From contig NC_043001.1 of NCBI RefSeq assembly GCF_006345805.1, positions 22,320,001 through 22,384,000 on the forward strand: a stretch of DNA of 64,000 nucleotides. The letters are read 5' to 3'. This stretch comes from Octopus sinensis (lineage: Eukaryota). The notes under the pieces were generated by a model that was not told where the DNA came from, did not search any database, and saw nothing but the letters and a program-made list of their open reading frames with translations. Positions 13,690-26,859 of the stretch are shown here, in pieces. Position numbers and translations under genes: made by a program. Position 1 is the first letter of the stretch. Every line of letters begins with the position of its first letter.

Positions 13690-15350
13690 TTGTACATTTA
13701 CCTAGTAATTCTGGCCTCACCACTTCAACAAGCATGATGAAAGCTATGCTTATCTGATAAGATCAGAACAAGACAGGAATATGTCACTTTCTAATACTGC
13801 CTTTTCCTCACCTCATAATTATAACTTATCTTTTAGTCAGGAGGAAAGGTATCTCCTTTGACTCTGAAACTAGTGGGAGGGAGGGAGGAAACTACCCTCA
13901 AGCTGGAGACCTGATTCAAAATCTTGCAACAGAGTGGAATTCTATTAAATCAACCAAGATATTGGATGATGGTGTTAATCCAGATGATGGATTAGGTCTA
14001 TCACTCATATTAACTTTTTAATGTCTACTACATAAAATATGTCAGCACTAACTTTATTATTCAACAAATTAGTTGTCATTGAAGGCCTATTGAATGTACC
14101 TGATATTAAAAAATAAGTGAATAGCTTTCATCTACATATAATAACGAAGAAAGATGGGCCATGGATTCACTTTTATCTTGTTAAATAATACTAACCATCA
14201 ATACTAACTGTTATTAATTTTATTCAATCCTTCTCTTAGAAATCAGTTGATAACAAAGAACAGAAATCTGGAGGATCTGAAGAGCTTCTGAAGAGGATGT
14301 CAATGAGAAGAGGTCACTAAGCAGGTCACCAAGATGACCTTAGTCAAAAACACAGCAAAAATAGAATAACCAGAAAATCAGTTCTGATAAAATCCAATCT
14401 ATTATGTCTAAATATGTCTAGAAGTTTATGATGAAGGCTATAATTTTATTTCCTGTCAAATAGCACCAAAACTAGATTAGTGAGGGGGGAAAGAACTGAA
14501 AGTGACTGTTTATATCATAAATTGCTCCATCAATCTAGAAATGTTGATGGATCATTAATTTAAATAAGGAGCACAAAGTAGAACTGACAGTGCCATGGGA
14601 AGAGAACATCATCAATGCAGAGAAATGAAAGGAGAAGAGGTACGAAAAACTAATCGAAGGGTGCAGAGAACAGGGATGGACTGTCGAGTATTACCACCTG
14701 GCAGTGGGGGCTAGGGGCTTCATTGAAAGAAAAATGACAACGTTATTCAAAAGAAGATTTGTTTTTTCTAGTTCGGAGCTGAGAAAATTAAGAGGAGAGT
14801 ACAGGAGGCAGTCGAAAAAGCCAGCTTCCATATATGGCTGAAGCGGGAAGACCAAAAATGGTTTTAAAGTCATAACATGCCAGCAGGAACATAACATCAC
14901 TAGGTGAGACAAGCTGACACTGAATTAGCTTCGCTGATTGACAGGTGATGGTCTCGTTTAGAGAATGCATGGGCTAAGACTACGCACCTTCATTGGTTAG
15001 TTAAAGTTGAGACAGTGTCACATGACAACTTGCTGGAGCCTAGCAGCAGGTATTTAAAGGGAAATTTGACAAGACAGTCAGTCGTCTGCTGACACTCATT
15101 GACGCTACATCGAAGAGGCCAGGGAACAGAAGAAAGAAGGAGAAAGAAGACATGCACCCAACACCAGAGATGAAAACGCCTCCAAAAGGGGAGGGGGCCA
15201 CCACGTCAAAACGGTAGAGGAGTAGGGGCCGAAACTGGACGTGGTTCCTCCTGATGATGTCTTGAGCTAACTGGATCTTATAAAGTAGCTGTTGTGGTAG
15301 CAGATCACAAAACATGGTTGAAATTCCATTGGTTTTTCAAAGTTTACCAT
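13690..15350 (-). mobile_element. Old decayed LINE-like segment (CR1/L2-like?)
   Basis: Strand-skewed composition and broken ORFs; no clear catalytic motif was read. Confidence 0.3.
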
Positions 15351-16058
15351 CATTGACAAGATTATCAATGAAATAGCAGGAAGGAAAGGTGAATGACTTA
15401 AAAAAATAAAAAACATATCACACAAGTTGAAAATAATGGTTTCAAATTTTGGCACAAGGCCATCAATTTTGGAAAAGGAGAGCAGTCAATTACATTGACT
15501 CAAGTGCTCAACTGGTACTTATTTTATCAACCCTGAAAGAATGAAAGGCAAAGTTAACCTCAACAGCATTTGAACTCAGAACTTACAAACCAAAACAAAC
15601 ACTGCTAACCATTTTGTCTGACATGCTAACAATTCTGCTAGCTTACTGCCTAAACCATTTAGCATTTAAACTGGCCATATCCAGCCAAAATGTTCTATCT
15701 GTTCTATGTTCAAACTAGCCAGATCTGGACTTCCACATCTATTTTGCAATGTCGCTCTAAAATTAAACAATCACATCATCAAAATCTCAAAGCTGAGATA
15801 TAATCCATAATTAATTCAAAACAATGTGAATGAACAAGCATTACAGTTGACGGACTAATCTGAATACCAAAGGGTTAAAACAAGTTGAAAATAATGAATT
15901 AAGTAGTAAATAATGAACCAATTTTCTAACAGCACACATCCAACTAGCCTCAAGAGTAACAATAATTACCATTAAAAATTCTAATCTACAAATTTCTTTT
16001 ACCTCGTTATATTCTAAAATATACAGGGAACCGACTTTTGTTAGAATTACGATATTAA

Positions 16059-16258
16059 CCCTTTCATTACCAACCCGGCTGAAACCGGCTCTGGCTCTGA
16101 GGACAAATGTCTTGTTTTCAAAAGTTCTGAATTGAAATCTTCCACCAAACCTTAGTCACAATTTATGTTCCTAACACAAGCTTCTAAATTCTTTGTTATA
16201 TTTGAAAGTAATTGAAAGAAACACAGAGCATCTCAAAATAAATACAGTAATGAAAGGG
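16059..16258. mobile_element. piggyBac-type MITE
   Basis: TTAA-CCCTTTCATTAC...GTAATGAAAGGG-TTAA: TIRs plus TTAA target duplication. Confidence 0.85.
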
Positions 16259-16532
16259 TTAACTAGACAAAACATGGTTTAGAATTAAAACACTGTGTCA
16301 ACAAAGAAACACAAACAATTAAAATTTCGCCAATGAAATTTGAAAATATTTATGAAAGTTTATATGCTTCTTTTAGATTGTTCATCAAAACAAGCTTATT
16401 CAAAGAATAGCTTTCTAAAATGGACAAATACTTTTGTAAGTGGATGGTAATCAATGGGCTATTACAGCAGCATTAGTAACTAGCAATAAAAAGAAAGCAA
16501 AATATGAAATGTGTAAATATATATATACTTAC

Positions 16533-16673
16533 TATTTCAGGAAATTTATAGATGACATATGGTTCATATTTCAATTTTTCCGTATTTAGTCGGAGACCAA
16601 CACAAATAACATACTCAAATAACTGAGGATAGATTTTGTCAAGGACTCGTAAAGACTTTTTGACTCTTTCACT
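16533..16673 (-). CDS. DENND2: DENND2-like exon (141 nt, phase 0-0), start of uDENN domain: SERVKKSLRVLDKIYPQLFEYVICVGLRLNTEKLKYEPYVIYKFPEI
   Basis: Acceptor tttatttaacAG, donor GTAAGT. QLFEYxxxVxL...YxPxxxxxFP matches the uDENN start of DENND2-family proteins as recalled; not database-checked. Confidence 0.85.
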
Positions 16674-16859
16674 CTGTTAAATAAATATACAGACAGTAAA
16701 TAAGTATATATATATATATATGTTTTTTAATGTGTTGTTTTGGTGATTCATAATTAATGAAACAAAGACAACTGAAATAAGAAAAAACATGTAACAATTG
16801 TGTAATCAATTAATATGTCACTGAATGCAAGCTATTGACTGTTGTCAGGCATCACAGAG

Positions 16860-16861
16860 GA

Positions 16862-16892
<31 letters not shown>

Positions 16893-16946
16893 TTGATGAT
16901 GATGGTGATGATGATGATGATGTTGATGATGATGGTATGATGATGG

Positions 16947-16977
<31 letters not shown>

Positions 16978-17022
16978 GGTGGTGGTGGTGGTGGTGGTGG
17001 TGATGATGATGATGATGATGAT
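16860..17022. repeat. (GAT)n/(GGT)n compound trinucleotide repeat (expanded RTE-type tail)
   Basis: Direct inspection; adjoins a decayed RTE-type 3' end. Confidence 0.9.
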
Positions 17023-18434
17023 CACTATCATCACCAATTCCTCCTGTCACATGTTGGACAATTCAACAGGATTCAATGGGTTGGAAGACCATGTTTTGCT
17101 CCAATGTTTCAGTTCTGGTGTGGTTTCTACCTTTTCCCAATGCAAACCACTTCACACACAGTACTGAGTGCTATTTTTCATGGCACCAACACCAGTGAGG
17201 TCACCTTTTAACTTGTAAGACAAAAAGAGACCCTTCAAATGAAATGGAGAAGAGAAGAGAGGGTGGTGGCTTTATGCAAAGTGTTGCGAGGCTGAAGTAT
17301 GATGGGAGGAATAGGAAAAAGTTTATTGCTGTGAAAGTCCAAGGTTAGCCTGCATTATATCTGGGTGGACTGGACTGAATGGAGTGGTGCCAGAAGAGAG
17401 ATTGAGGTTATGGTTATGAGGTGTTAGAGCATACCTTCAAGGTAGCATTTCCTAGAAGGTAATATACAAGAGAGCATAGAAGACAGAAAGATCTGGAAGG
17501 ATGGGTGAACATTGTAAGTGTGGGTGGGGGAGGGTGTGAGTGATCAACAGGAATAGGAATGGAGGTGGAAGGAGATACATAGGGATGAATGGGGTGAATG
17601 GTGAACAAGGTGGATGGACAATGGTAAGAATGAGGGATGAATATCAACAGGAAGTAACTCAAGAGAGAGGGAGTGATGACTGGCAGTATAGAAAAAATGA
17701 TGATATGACATGAGGCGTTTAGTAACACCACAACTTAAAACAGAAAAATGCAGTCAAAGTTTTGTGACTTTCAGAATGCGATATCTTGGCAAGGAATGAA
17801 GTTAGGAAGCTGGTTTTGGTCTTAAAATGATTGTGAAGACCTCCTCTAATCATTCTACCTATATAAAATTGTTTATTCATGCATGCATCTGAAAGATGAA
17901 ACAATGACTGTGTCTTGCTCATTTTGTAGAATTACTACAAAAAGGTGTATCACATTGCATATTTTAGCCATAATACCAAGAAAAATCATATAGAGACCAC
18001 CAAAGGTATTATTTATGTTTTAATATACCAAGGTAAGTATTTTTAAGAGGTAAGTAAGACAAGAAAGTAAGATAATAAATAGCCCATTATCGTTATGATG
18101 GTAATGAGGAATATTAGAAAATGAGCCATAACACCTCAGAAAACGATACAGGGACCACAACAAAGTTATTGTTTGAGTGCATGTGCTTACAATGGTGTGT
18201 TACTAAACTCTCTGGTCTGAGTTTGGGTGAGCGAGCATCATGTCAATAGCATCAAGGTACAATTTTTTTCAGCTGGATTTTCAACCTTATTGCAAGCCTC
18301 ACCAGTTCTTCCTCCCAACATTTTCGGATTCTAGAAGTCGAGACAAAGAAAATGGCCAGGGTGGTACTTACAACACTCAGTAACTAAATGCCTCGTGTAT
18401 AGTAACAGGTTCTGCTTTCATTACTTAGAGCAGT

Positions 18435-18952
18435 GTGGAGGTACAATGGCTCAGTGGTTAGGACAGTGGACTTGCAGTTGTAGGATCGCGATTTCAATAC
18501 CCAGACCGGGCATTGTGAGTGTTTATTGAGCAAAAACACCTAAAGCTCCACAAGGCTCCGGCATGGGGTGGTGGTGAATCCTGCTGTACTCTTTCACCAC
18601 AACTTTCTCTCACTCTTTCTTCCTGTTTCTGTTGTACCTGTATTTCAAAGGGCCAGCCTTGTCACACTCTGTGTCACACTGAATCTCCCCAAGAACTACG
18701 TTAAGGGTACACATGTCTGTGAAATGCTCGACCACTTGCATGTTAATAAAAGAGCTGTGATGTCACTGGTGCCAAGCTGTATTGGCTTTTGCCTTTCCCT
18801 TGGATAACATTGATGGCATGGAGAAGGGAGGCTGTTATGCATGGGCAACTACTGATCTTCCATAAACAACCTTGCCCGGACTTGTACCTGGAGGGTAACT
18901 TTCTAGGTGCAATCCCATGATCATTCATGACCGAAGGGGGTCACAACACAAC
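18435..18952 (+). mobile_element. Long family A SINE with 12-bp TSD and RTE-related tail
   Basis: ACTTAGAGCAGT at 18423-18434 and 18953-18964; tRNA-like head; the 3' part resembles 34850..34960 on the minus strand. Confidence 0.85.
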
Positions 18953-21059
18953 ACTTAGAGCAGTAGGAGCATAAAGGAAACAAATACTTTAACTAGGAAT
19001 CAAACCTGCGTGACCGACTGGGTTCCTATGAACTGAGCACCTTTCTCCACTGTTCAGTAGCAATTCACCAATTTCACAAATACTAATAATGATTGTCTAA
19101 ACTAACATTGCAAAAGTTAAAATATTCTGAAAAGAAATTACAACTTATAAAAAGCAGGTCAATAATAACTTAGATTCTTGTGGGAAACTTAATTAAAAGG
19201 TAAAAAGTATTTAATATTTTCTTCTGATAAATTGAGAGAAGAGAGTTTGGCTGATTCCATACAGCCCTTTCTGTTATTCTTCATCAACGTCATTTAACTC
19301 CATGTTCCATGCTGGCATGGATTGGATGTTAGGACAGGATCTGATGGGTCCAAGGACTGTGCCAAGCTCCCTTGTCTGCTTTGGCATGGTTTCAACATCT
19401 GGATGCCCTTCTTAATAACATCTTTACAGTATGTACCAGGTACTATTTGGGGGAGGGGGGACACCAGCACTAGTGAAGTCACTATGCAGCTTGCTAGACG
19501 ATGAACCCCTAGGAGGACAACTTTATGCTAGGAAATGAGGAGTAGAAAGGAGTAAAGTATGAGAGAAAAGGGTTGCAGTGGAACAGGTTTCTTGCTGTAG
19601 AGGAGGTACTGGACTTTCTTTTCTTTCTTGTTTCAGTCATTTGACTGTGGCCATGCTGGAGCACCGCCTTTAGTCGAGCAAATCGAGCCCAGGACTTATT
19701 CTTTGTAGGCCTAGTACTTATTCTATTGATCTCTTTTGCCGAACCGCTAAGTTATGGGGACGTAAACACACCAGCATCAGTTGTCAAGCGATGTTGGGGG
19801 GACAAACACAGACACACAAACACACACATACACATATATGACGGGCTTCTTTCAGTTTCTGTCTACCAAATCCACTCACAAGGCTTTGGTTGGCCTGAGG
19901 CTATAGTAGAAGACACTTGCCCAAGATGCCACACAGTGGGACTGAACCCGGAACCATGTGGTTGGTAAGCAAGCTACTAACCACACAGCCACTCCTACGC
20001 CTATTTTAGAAGAGAGGGTGGGAGTGACCAGATGGAGCTGGGATAAAAATAGTGGTGTTGAAGTAGCAAGGTGGACATTCAAGGCATGAGGTGGATAGGA
20101 ATGGGTGAGCCAAAGGGGTCAAGAGTGAGTGGTGGTGGTGTAAGAGATATCTGATAGTGCAGAAAGGCAGAATAACAGAAGGAGGGAGAATGGAGATGAG
20201 ATGCTCTTGGGTAGGTTGCAGGAGCGGATGGAGAAGAGAGAAGTAGGCATAGTAAATGAGGAGAGTGAGATGTAGGGTGGTAGGGTAGGAGAGATGATTA
20301 AGTAGCACAGTGGTGAGAGGGAGGGTGATCAATAAAAGTATGGATGGAGAGAACAGTAATAATGGATGAAGGATGGCTAACAAGTGAAATGATTCTGGAA
20401 AGTAGGGAAAATGCAGTAGTTATTAACTACAGAAAGGATGAAAGAGAAATTTAACTGTTGCAGAGACAAAAAGGACCACAGTAATACATTGAGTGCTCTA
20501 CAATTTCAACGAGTTCCCAGCCCTTTCAATAGAATATATTACTGTTAATGCCTACAATAATATCAATATTGATTTCTTACACAGGCACATGACCTCAAAT
20601 TTTTATGGGAGTGGAGGGGTCAAAAGATTATATTAACCCAGAAATTGACTAGAACTTTATTTTATTGAGCCTGGAAAGATGAAATACAAAGCCAACTACA
20701 ACACAATACAGAAATATTGATATAATGGTCTCTAAACTGGCACATATCCAAAATTTTGTAGGTCAAAGATCGCTGTTAATTGAATCAAAACCACTCTAAC
20801 AATCATCATCATCATCATCATCATCATCACTGTTTTAGCGTCCACTTCTCCATGTTTGCAAAGGTCAATCAGAATTCTTTGAGGAAGATTTTCTACAGCT
20901 GGATGTTCTTGCTGTTGCCAACCTTCAACTGTTTTCAACCAAGGCAATACATTTCTATGGCCAAGCATTAGACTTGAAGGACACTGCTTGTATAATGATG
21001 ATGACACTCATTTACAACATTTGCATTATGTCAAGACAAGGCGATACTAACACATGTGC

Positions 21060-22530
21060 TCTTGAGCATTCCTCATATTCTTTCAGTATAGTATCGATCT
21101 TTTCTATGTCCAAAGAGTCCAACACCATGAGAGTGACGTCTCCTCAAATTCTCCATCCTTCATAGCAAGGATTCTAAACTAAAATATATAAAAGCAAGGA
21201 GAGGGAGCATCCTTGGTATACCAAGCGTTCAATACTGAAAAGTTCCAAGAGGTGGACCCTCAATTTGACAACCGAGCTGATTCCACTATATATTGTGGTG
21301 ATCCAGCCTCTGAACACAGGACCAAAATCAACAGCTTTTAGGACAGACACCAGATAGCAATGGTCCACCCTGTCAAAAGCTTTGGACTGGTCCAAATTGA
21401 TCGGTGCCCCTCCAAAACCTGATCTATTCCCAACCCATTCTATGATGTATCACATGAGATGGAGATTATCATGGACAGATCTACTGGGGATCACACAGGT
21501 TTGTGCACCCCAGATTATACAACTGACAAGTGCTAGCCTCTTGGAAAGCACCTTAGCTGAAATCTTTAACTCAGTATAGAATAGAGTTATGGGCCTGAAG
21601 TTTTCAATCACATCCTCCTTGTTCAGATCCATTCTCAGCAACCTCACTACTCCCTGGCTCATACAACTGGAAATGCTTCCATCTGTTGCCGTAGCAACAG
21701 GAACAGCAGTAGACAACTGTTAAAACCAGTGCAAAAAGTTCTGACATGTCGGCATATAGTTCATAGGGCAGACCATCCAATCCTGGTGATTTGCACCCCA
21801 TGCAGCAGCCCAGTACATCCTCCACTTCCTGCATTGAAATCAGCTTCTCGAAGCACTCAATATCCTTGTCCAATAGGTGCGGCATTCTCTCAAGGTAAGT
21901 TTCAAAGCCTGCTGTTTCAAAAATGCCACTCCCGGAAAAGAGGTTGGTGAAATGCTGCTGAAACACTGCACTCATGTGTTTGGAATAGAAGTGTACATGG
22001 CCACTACAGTCTGTCGCATAACGAATCCTAGATTTGTTTCCATGCTGTCCCTCTGCTACCCAGACCCAACCAATGGCTTTTAAGCCTTTGGGTTTCAAGG
22101 CGTGTACCCTATCTCAGACAATACAGCCTTCATGTTTTCCATCGAAGAAATGGTCGAGTGTAAATTCTCACTACTAGCACATCATTTGCAATCCCACTTC
22201 TATGTGCCTCTTCTAAGTCACTAACAAGTTTATTTTCTATTCAGTTGTTTTCCAAAGCAATCCCTTGGCTAAAACTAACACCTCTCTGATTTTCCTTTTT
22301 AAAGAGACCCACCACCTATTGCTGATGATGACTCTCTTCAATTCCTGTTTATGTAGTCTACTAATCCAGTAACTGAAATCCAGGAAGAACGCATTCAGTC
22401 TGATTGTTTTTCCTAAGTTGACTGTAAAGGTCCCAAATTTGTGACCTGAATAGCCAATGATCTGAAAATGTGGGCCACCTATACTATGCCTATCTGCTAG
22501 CCTAATAAAAACCCTATGTGACGTGACTCT
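21060..22530 (-). mobile_element. Decayed L1/Tx1-clade LINE ORF2 fragment
   Basis: Frameshifted motifs KSPGLDGLPYELY, ENFRPITL..ELKISAKVL, DQSKAFDRVDH, QGCSLSLLLY. Confidence 0.85.
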
Positions 22531-22975
22531 CACCACAACATCTCCCCCTTTTGAGATTTCAACTTCCATGGGGAAACAAATTTTTTTTTTTTCCAAAAAA
22601 CTCTCCCCTTTTTGAGATTTTGATTCCCTAAGGAGTTTAATACCTTTTTTTGTTTAGGAATTATTTGTGCTAAGGACAAATAATAAATCCTACCAGGAAT
22701 AAGACCAAACCTGAGCCAAACAACAACAATAACAACAGCAGCAGCAGCAGCAACATCAACAACAACAACACATTAAAAAATGCATCTAAGTATTTAATAA
22801 TATTGAATTAACTACCTATATTTTTTTTGCAAAATTCAGGCATCTTAAACTGTTCTAATCACAAAAGATAACATATGTTGGTCTCTACAAATATAAACAA
22901 GAAACAAAACACAAGTAAAAATACTCCTTTTAATACAACATGGTTTGTAAACGCCAGCTTATTGGTGTTACTTAC

Positions 22976-23049
22976 CGTTTTAGATTTGATAGTGCTACAA
23001 TATTCTAGTCTTTTCTTTATTTCTGATTCATCAACCAAACTGTCAGTAT
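22976..23049 (-). CDS. DENND2: DENND2-like exon (74 nt, phase 1-0): DTDSLVDESEIKKRLEYCSTIKSKT
   Basis: Acceptor ttctgttttcttgctatAG, donor GTAAGT; lies inside ORF 22859..23191; phases are consistent. Confidence 0.8.
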
Positions 23050-23579
23050 CTATAGCAAGAAAACAGAAAGCAGTAAGTATAATATTGATGCCACTTATTT
23101 GTGTAACATAACACAAGGATGGTTTGTTCTTTATCTTATCTAAAGAATGGAAAATATTGCAGACTTGAGAAACAAAATGAAATATTGCCATTTCAATATA
23201 TACTATGGAAATGCAACAGTTTTAAAATAATTTCTTTTTGGTAAATGTTGATTCTCCTGAAGAAATAAAGAAAAAGCACTCTAAACTAATAGACTGCCAA
23301 ATTAATAGATTTGGGATTTAACTGAACAAGTAATAATAATAATACAATATTTTCATACACAATATTTATTTTAAAAAGTAAAAGATCATGAGAATGAAGT
23401 GAAATAAAGATATAAACCTTTGAGAGAAATAGAGGAGGAAAGAAATTAAACTGTTCTGAAGAATAATAAAGAAGAAGAAGAAAACAAACCAATGGAAAGG
23501 CAATAAATAGGAAAAAGAAATAGAGAAAATGGGAAATACTACTGGCGGGGGGGGGGGCAACAAGCAAGATAAACATTGA

Positions 23580-25250
23580 CTAAGTTAAACGATAGGAAAA
23601 GGCTGTGTATTTCAATGATTGAAATTTTGGGAGTGAGAAGATGTGAGAAACCCTAGCTTACATTCAATTTGATGGTATTTCAGCATTAACAGACATATCT
23701 CCCTCCTATTAGTCTGTTACTTGGGGGTTTACAGTTTTTCTATTTCATTGCTCAAAATAATCAATAATAAGGCTACACATGGACATATGCACACAAGTGT
23801 GCATATGCACAAACACATCGGACACGACTGCTTGAAAGACTGCCAAGAAAAAGCATTATAACTGTATTCATCACTTTTCTAGAAGTTTCCAATCTGGTGA
23901 AATCAATGCAGTTGCTGTTGTATTTAAACTTTTGTAGATCAATGACTGGTAGTGAAAAAATGTGGGCTACGAAAGAATTCAAGAAGACCAGAGCGATTCA
24001 GGCGGTGGAAATACAAGGGCAAAATGTAGGGTTTGGAGTAAGGGATCCAAACACAACAGAGCTGACAAGATGATTAGAAGTGGATAAATCAAGGGGTCTA
24101 AAACAAAGATGGCATGTAGGTTTGTTAGTTCAAAGGAGAAGATGTAGTAATAAGAATAAAGAGAGCAGAAACATCATATATGTGAGTGAGCCAGTGGTTG
24201 TAGTCTGTTGGTGAGAGTCTTTTGCCAAATCAGTTAAATTCCTAAATAAAGCAGTCTTGGATGCTTGTATGTGTAGCACTTCTCAAGTGTGACATACAGC
24301 ATTGCATATTTTCATAAACTGGGACAAATAGATACACAGAAAGGAAAAAAAAATTAAAGAATTTGGTGAAAATAACAACTGACTCTAACACATTATATGA
24401 CAGTAATGGAAGGGATGTCAGGAATAGTTGTCTTTTTAGACTGGAATAAACAAAACTTTTGTGTGTGTGTATAAGACAGCTTGACAGCTGTGAATATGTA
24501 GTTTGGAAAAATGTGAGGTTGGTTAGTAAGTTTGGGAGAAGTTCTGTTGTATATATATATATATATACAGTCTGTAACTTCAAGCAATTCAGGTAGTAAA
24601 AACTTTATTTGTAAGAGTGCTTCTTACAGAGCCATCTGGGTTAAGAAATAGTAAGTAGAAAGATTCTGCAAATCATGTAGAGACCCTTATGGCAACTGAT
24701 GTAAAAGTCTGGGTGAAAGTTAGCATGCACAAAAGCAATCATTGCTCTCTAGATGGTCATCTTGCAGGCATTGCTGTAGTGGACAAACACCTCCAGCTAT
24801 TCTCAGCAGTAATGTTCACTTCTGCAAACTGCAATGCAGTTATACAGGTGAACCATCAGGATGGGTTAGGTTTGGTTGTATGAAAATTGTGGACAAACAT
24901 GCTTAGAAATATGGTTTCTTTATCTGTTTCAGATTGATCTAAGGTAAAGCACATTAACTGCCAATGCATAGAACAAGCAGAGCTTCAACCATTTAGGCAG
25001 AATTGTCGAACAGAAAGAGTATGTGAGGCAAACTAACTTCATTAGTATGTTTGGAGAGTAGGTGTGACAGTCAAATGTGTAAGGAAGAACTATTAACTGG
25101 TGTAGACAATTCAGAAAAATAAACAATTTAGTATCTGCACCAGTGGTGTTAAGACAATCAAGAGGAATTATATGCATTGAAATTGAAGTTATTTTTGGAT
25201 AATGACTTCAGAGATGCTTGAAGTAGTTGTCCTCAATGTAGGGTGGGAGA
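23580..25250 (-). mobile_element. Old decayed LINE-like segment (CR1-like?)
   Basis: Broken minus-strand ORFs with LINE-like composition; motifs are heavily eroded. Confidence 0.3.
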
Positions 25251-25264
25251 CTGGCAAACATCTT

Positions 25265-25495
25265 ATTTCTTTATTGCCCACAAGGGGCTAAACATAGAGG
25301 GGACAAACAAGGACAAACAAAGAGATTAAGTTGATTACATCGACTCCAGTGCGTAACTGGTACTTAATTTATCGACCCCGAAAGGATGACAGGCAAAGTT
25401 GACCTTGGCGAAATTCGAACTCAGAACGTAAAAACAGACGAAATACTGCAAAGTATTTCGCCTGGCGTGCTAACGTTTCTGCCAGTTCGCCACCA
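25265..25495 (-). mobile_element. tRNA-derived SINE with a Meta-domain-like core. Other copies near 15440, 32245, 40665, 57280, 60170, 60525
   Basis: Recurrent GCCTTTCATCCTTTCGGGGTCGATAAA.TAAGTACCAG core after a B-box GAGTTCAAATTC. The MetaSINE label is from recall. Confidence 0.7.
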
Positions 25496-26205
25496 TAATG
25501 GTGATTTGGGGGAATTCAAAGAGTGACAAAGATAACAGATGAACTTACAGTAAAGGGAAAGAGAGTGCTTGTAGCAGAGTAAATAGAAGTCTTTGTTGCT
25601 GATGTTCAGCGGAGAAAGAGAGAGAGAGAATGGAATCTTACATTGGAACAGACATCATCTTTCAGAGAGAAGTTGGAATATAGCCTGGATAGAAGAGAGA
25701 GCTTAGAGATAAAGCATGAAAGACTTGTCTCTCAGTTGGAGATGGTTCAAAAGATCAAGGTTGAACCGAAAACTATGAACATTTGTGTAGTCAACAATGG
25801 AATGTGTTAAGGATTAATAACAAACACACACAATTTATGTTTAGAACTGCAAATGAGAAAAAGAATACTCAATACTCAAGAGTACTCAATAATGGAGTAA
25901 ATCAACAGATTCATACAAAACTGATGATTTATTCTACAGCTGCACAGAGTTTTAGAATGAACAATGAAGTCTCATAAATATAAAATATATCTTTTATCTT
26001 TTATCTGTATCAATACTTGGGCTGTGGTCATGCTGGAGCACTGCCTTGAAGGGTTTAGTTGAACAAATCAGTTCCAGTACTTATTTTTTTCAGTCTGGTA
26101 CTTAATTCATCAGTGTCTTTTGCTGAACTGGTAAGTTATAGGCACACAAACAAATCAACACTGGTTGTTAAGCAGTTGAGTCTGGGGAAACACACACACA
26201 CACAC

Positions 26206-26254
<49 letters not shown>

Positions 26255-26451
26255 TATATATACACAAAATAGTAAATAAATGGCACAACTAAGTACCGAT
26301 ATTTACTGGAAATAGCGAACGTAAAAATACGACGCTAATGTATAGCTTCACCGCGTATGTATTAGCAAAAATGCGTGTGTGCAACAAACTAGAGAAAATC
26401 GTCTTACCTCCAGGGAGAACATCTGAAAGATGAAATACCTGGAAAAGGATA

Positions 26452-26529
26452 ATGTGGGACCTGCAGGTTTCAGATTTTACAAGATATGTCTACCACCCAT
26501 ATCTTATTCTATCTTCATCAGCCAAGCAT
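26452..26529 (-). ncRNA. Type I hammerhead ribozyme, intact core, extended stem II
   Basis: Minus strand reads ATGctTGG-CTGATGA-AGAT[agaat AAGATATG ggtggtaga CATATCTT gtaaa]ATCT-GAA-ACCTGCAGGT-C-CCACAT. It has a GUC cleavage triplet and a palindromic stem III. Confidence 0.8.
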
Positions 26530-26696
26530 ATACCATGACAAAATCTACGATGTTACCACATTAATGCTATTACCCTCGACTGAAACACCGAACGCCAACA
26601 GTACGGAAAATGGTGAAGAAGCTTCAATAAATTAGTAATGCAATACTAGAGTATCGCCTTCCAGTAAAGAATAGCCCGTGAGGGAAAAATACATAT

Positions 26697-26774
26697 ATGC
26701 TTGGCTGATAAAGATAGAACAAGATATGGGTGGTAGACATATCTTGTAAAATCTGAAACCTGCAGGTCCCACAT
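26697..26774 (+). ncRNA. Inverted copy of the hammerhead with core mutation CTGATAA (G8A), probably inactive
   Basis: Same fold as 26452..26529 but CTGATGA is replaced by CTGATAA at 26705-26711. Confidence 0.65.
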
Positions 26775-26859
26775 TATCCTTTTCCAGGTATTTCATCTTT
26801 CAGATGTTCTCCCTGGAGGTAAGACGATTTTCTCTAGTTTGTTGCACACACGCATTTTT

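Larger units (their letters stand above)
26367..26859. repeat. Inverted repeat, 165-bp arms (26367..26531, 26695..26859), 163-bp spacer
   Basis: Arms are reverse complements with two differences seen; each contains a hammerhead fold. Confidence 0.95.

Noticed and set aside
16832-17167. Poly-His, poly-Asp and poly-Thr ORFs
   Set aside because: (GAT)/(GGT) microsatellite in an intron.
20000-20460. Purine-rich tracts with Leu/Pro/His-rich antisense ORFs (also 17400..17720 and 42050..42200)
   Set aside because: Low-complexity G/A-rich repeat-associated sequence with no coding signal or splice support.
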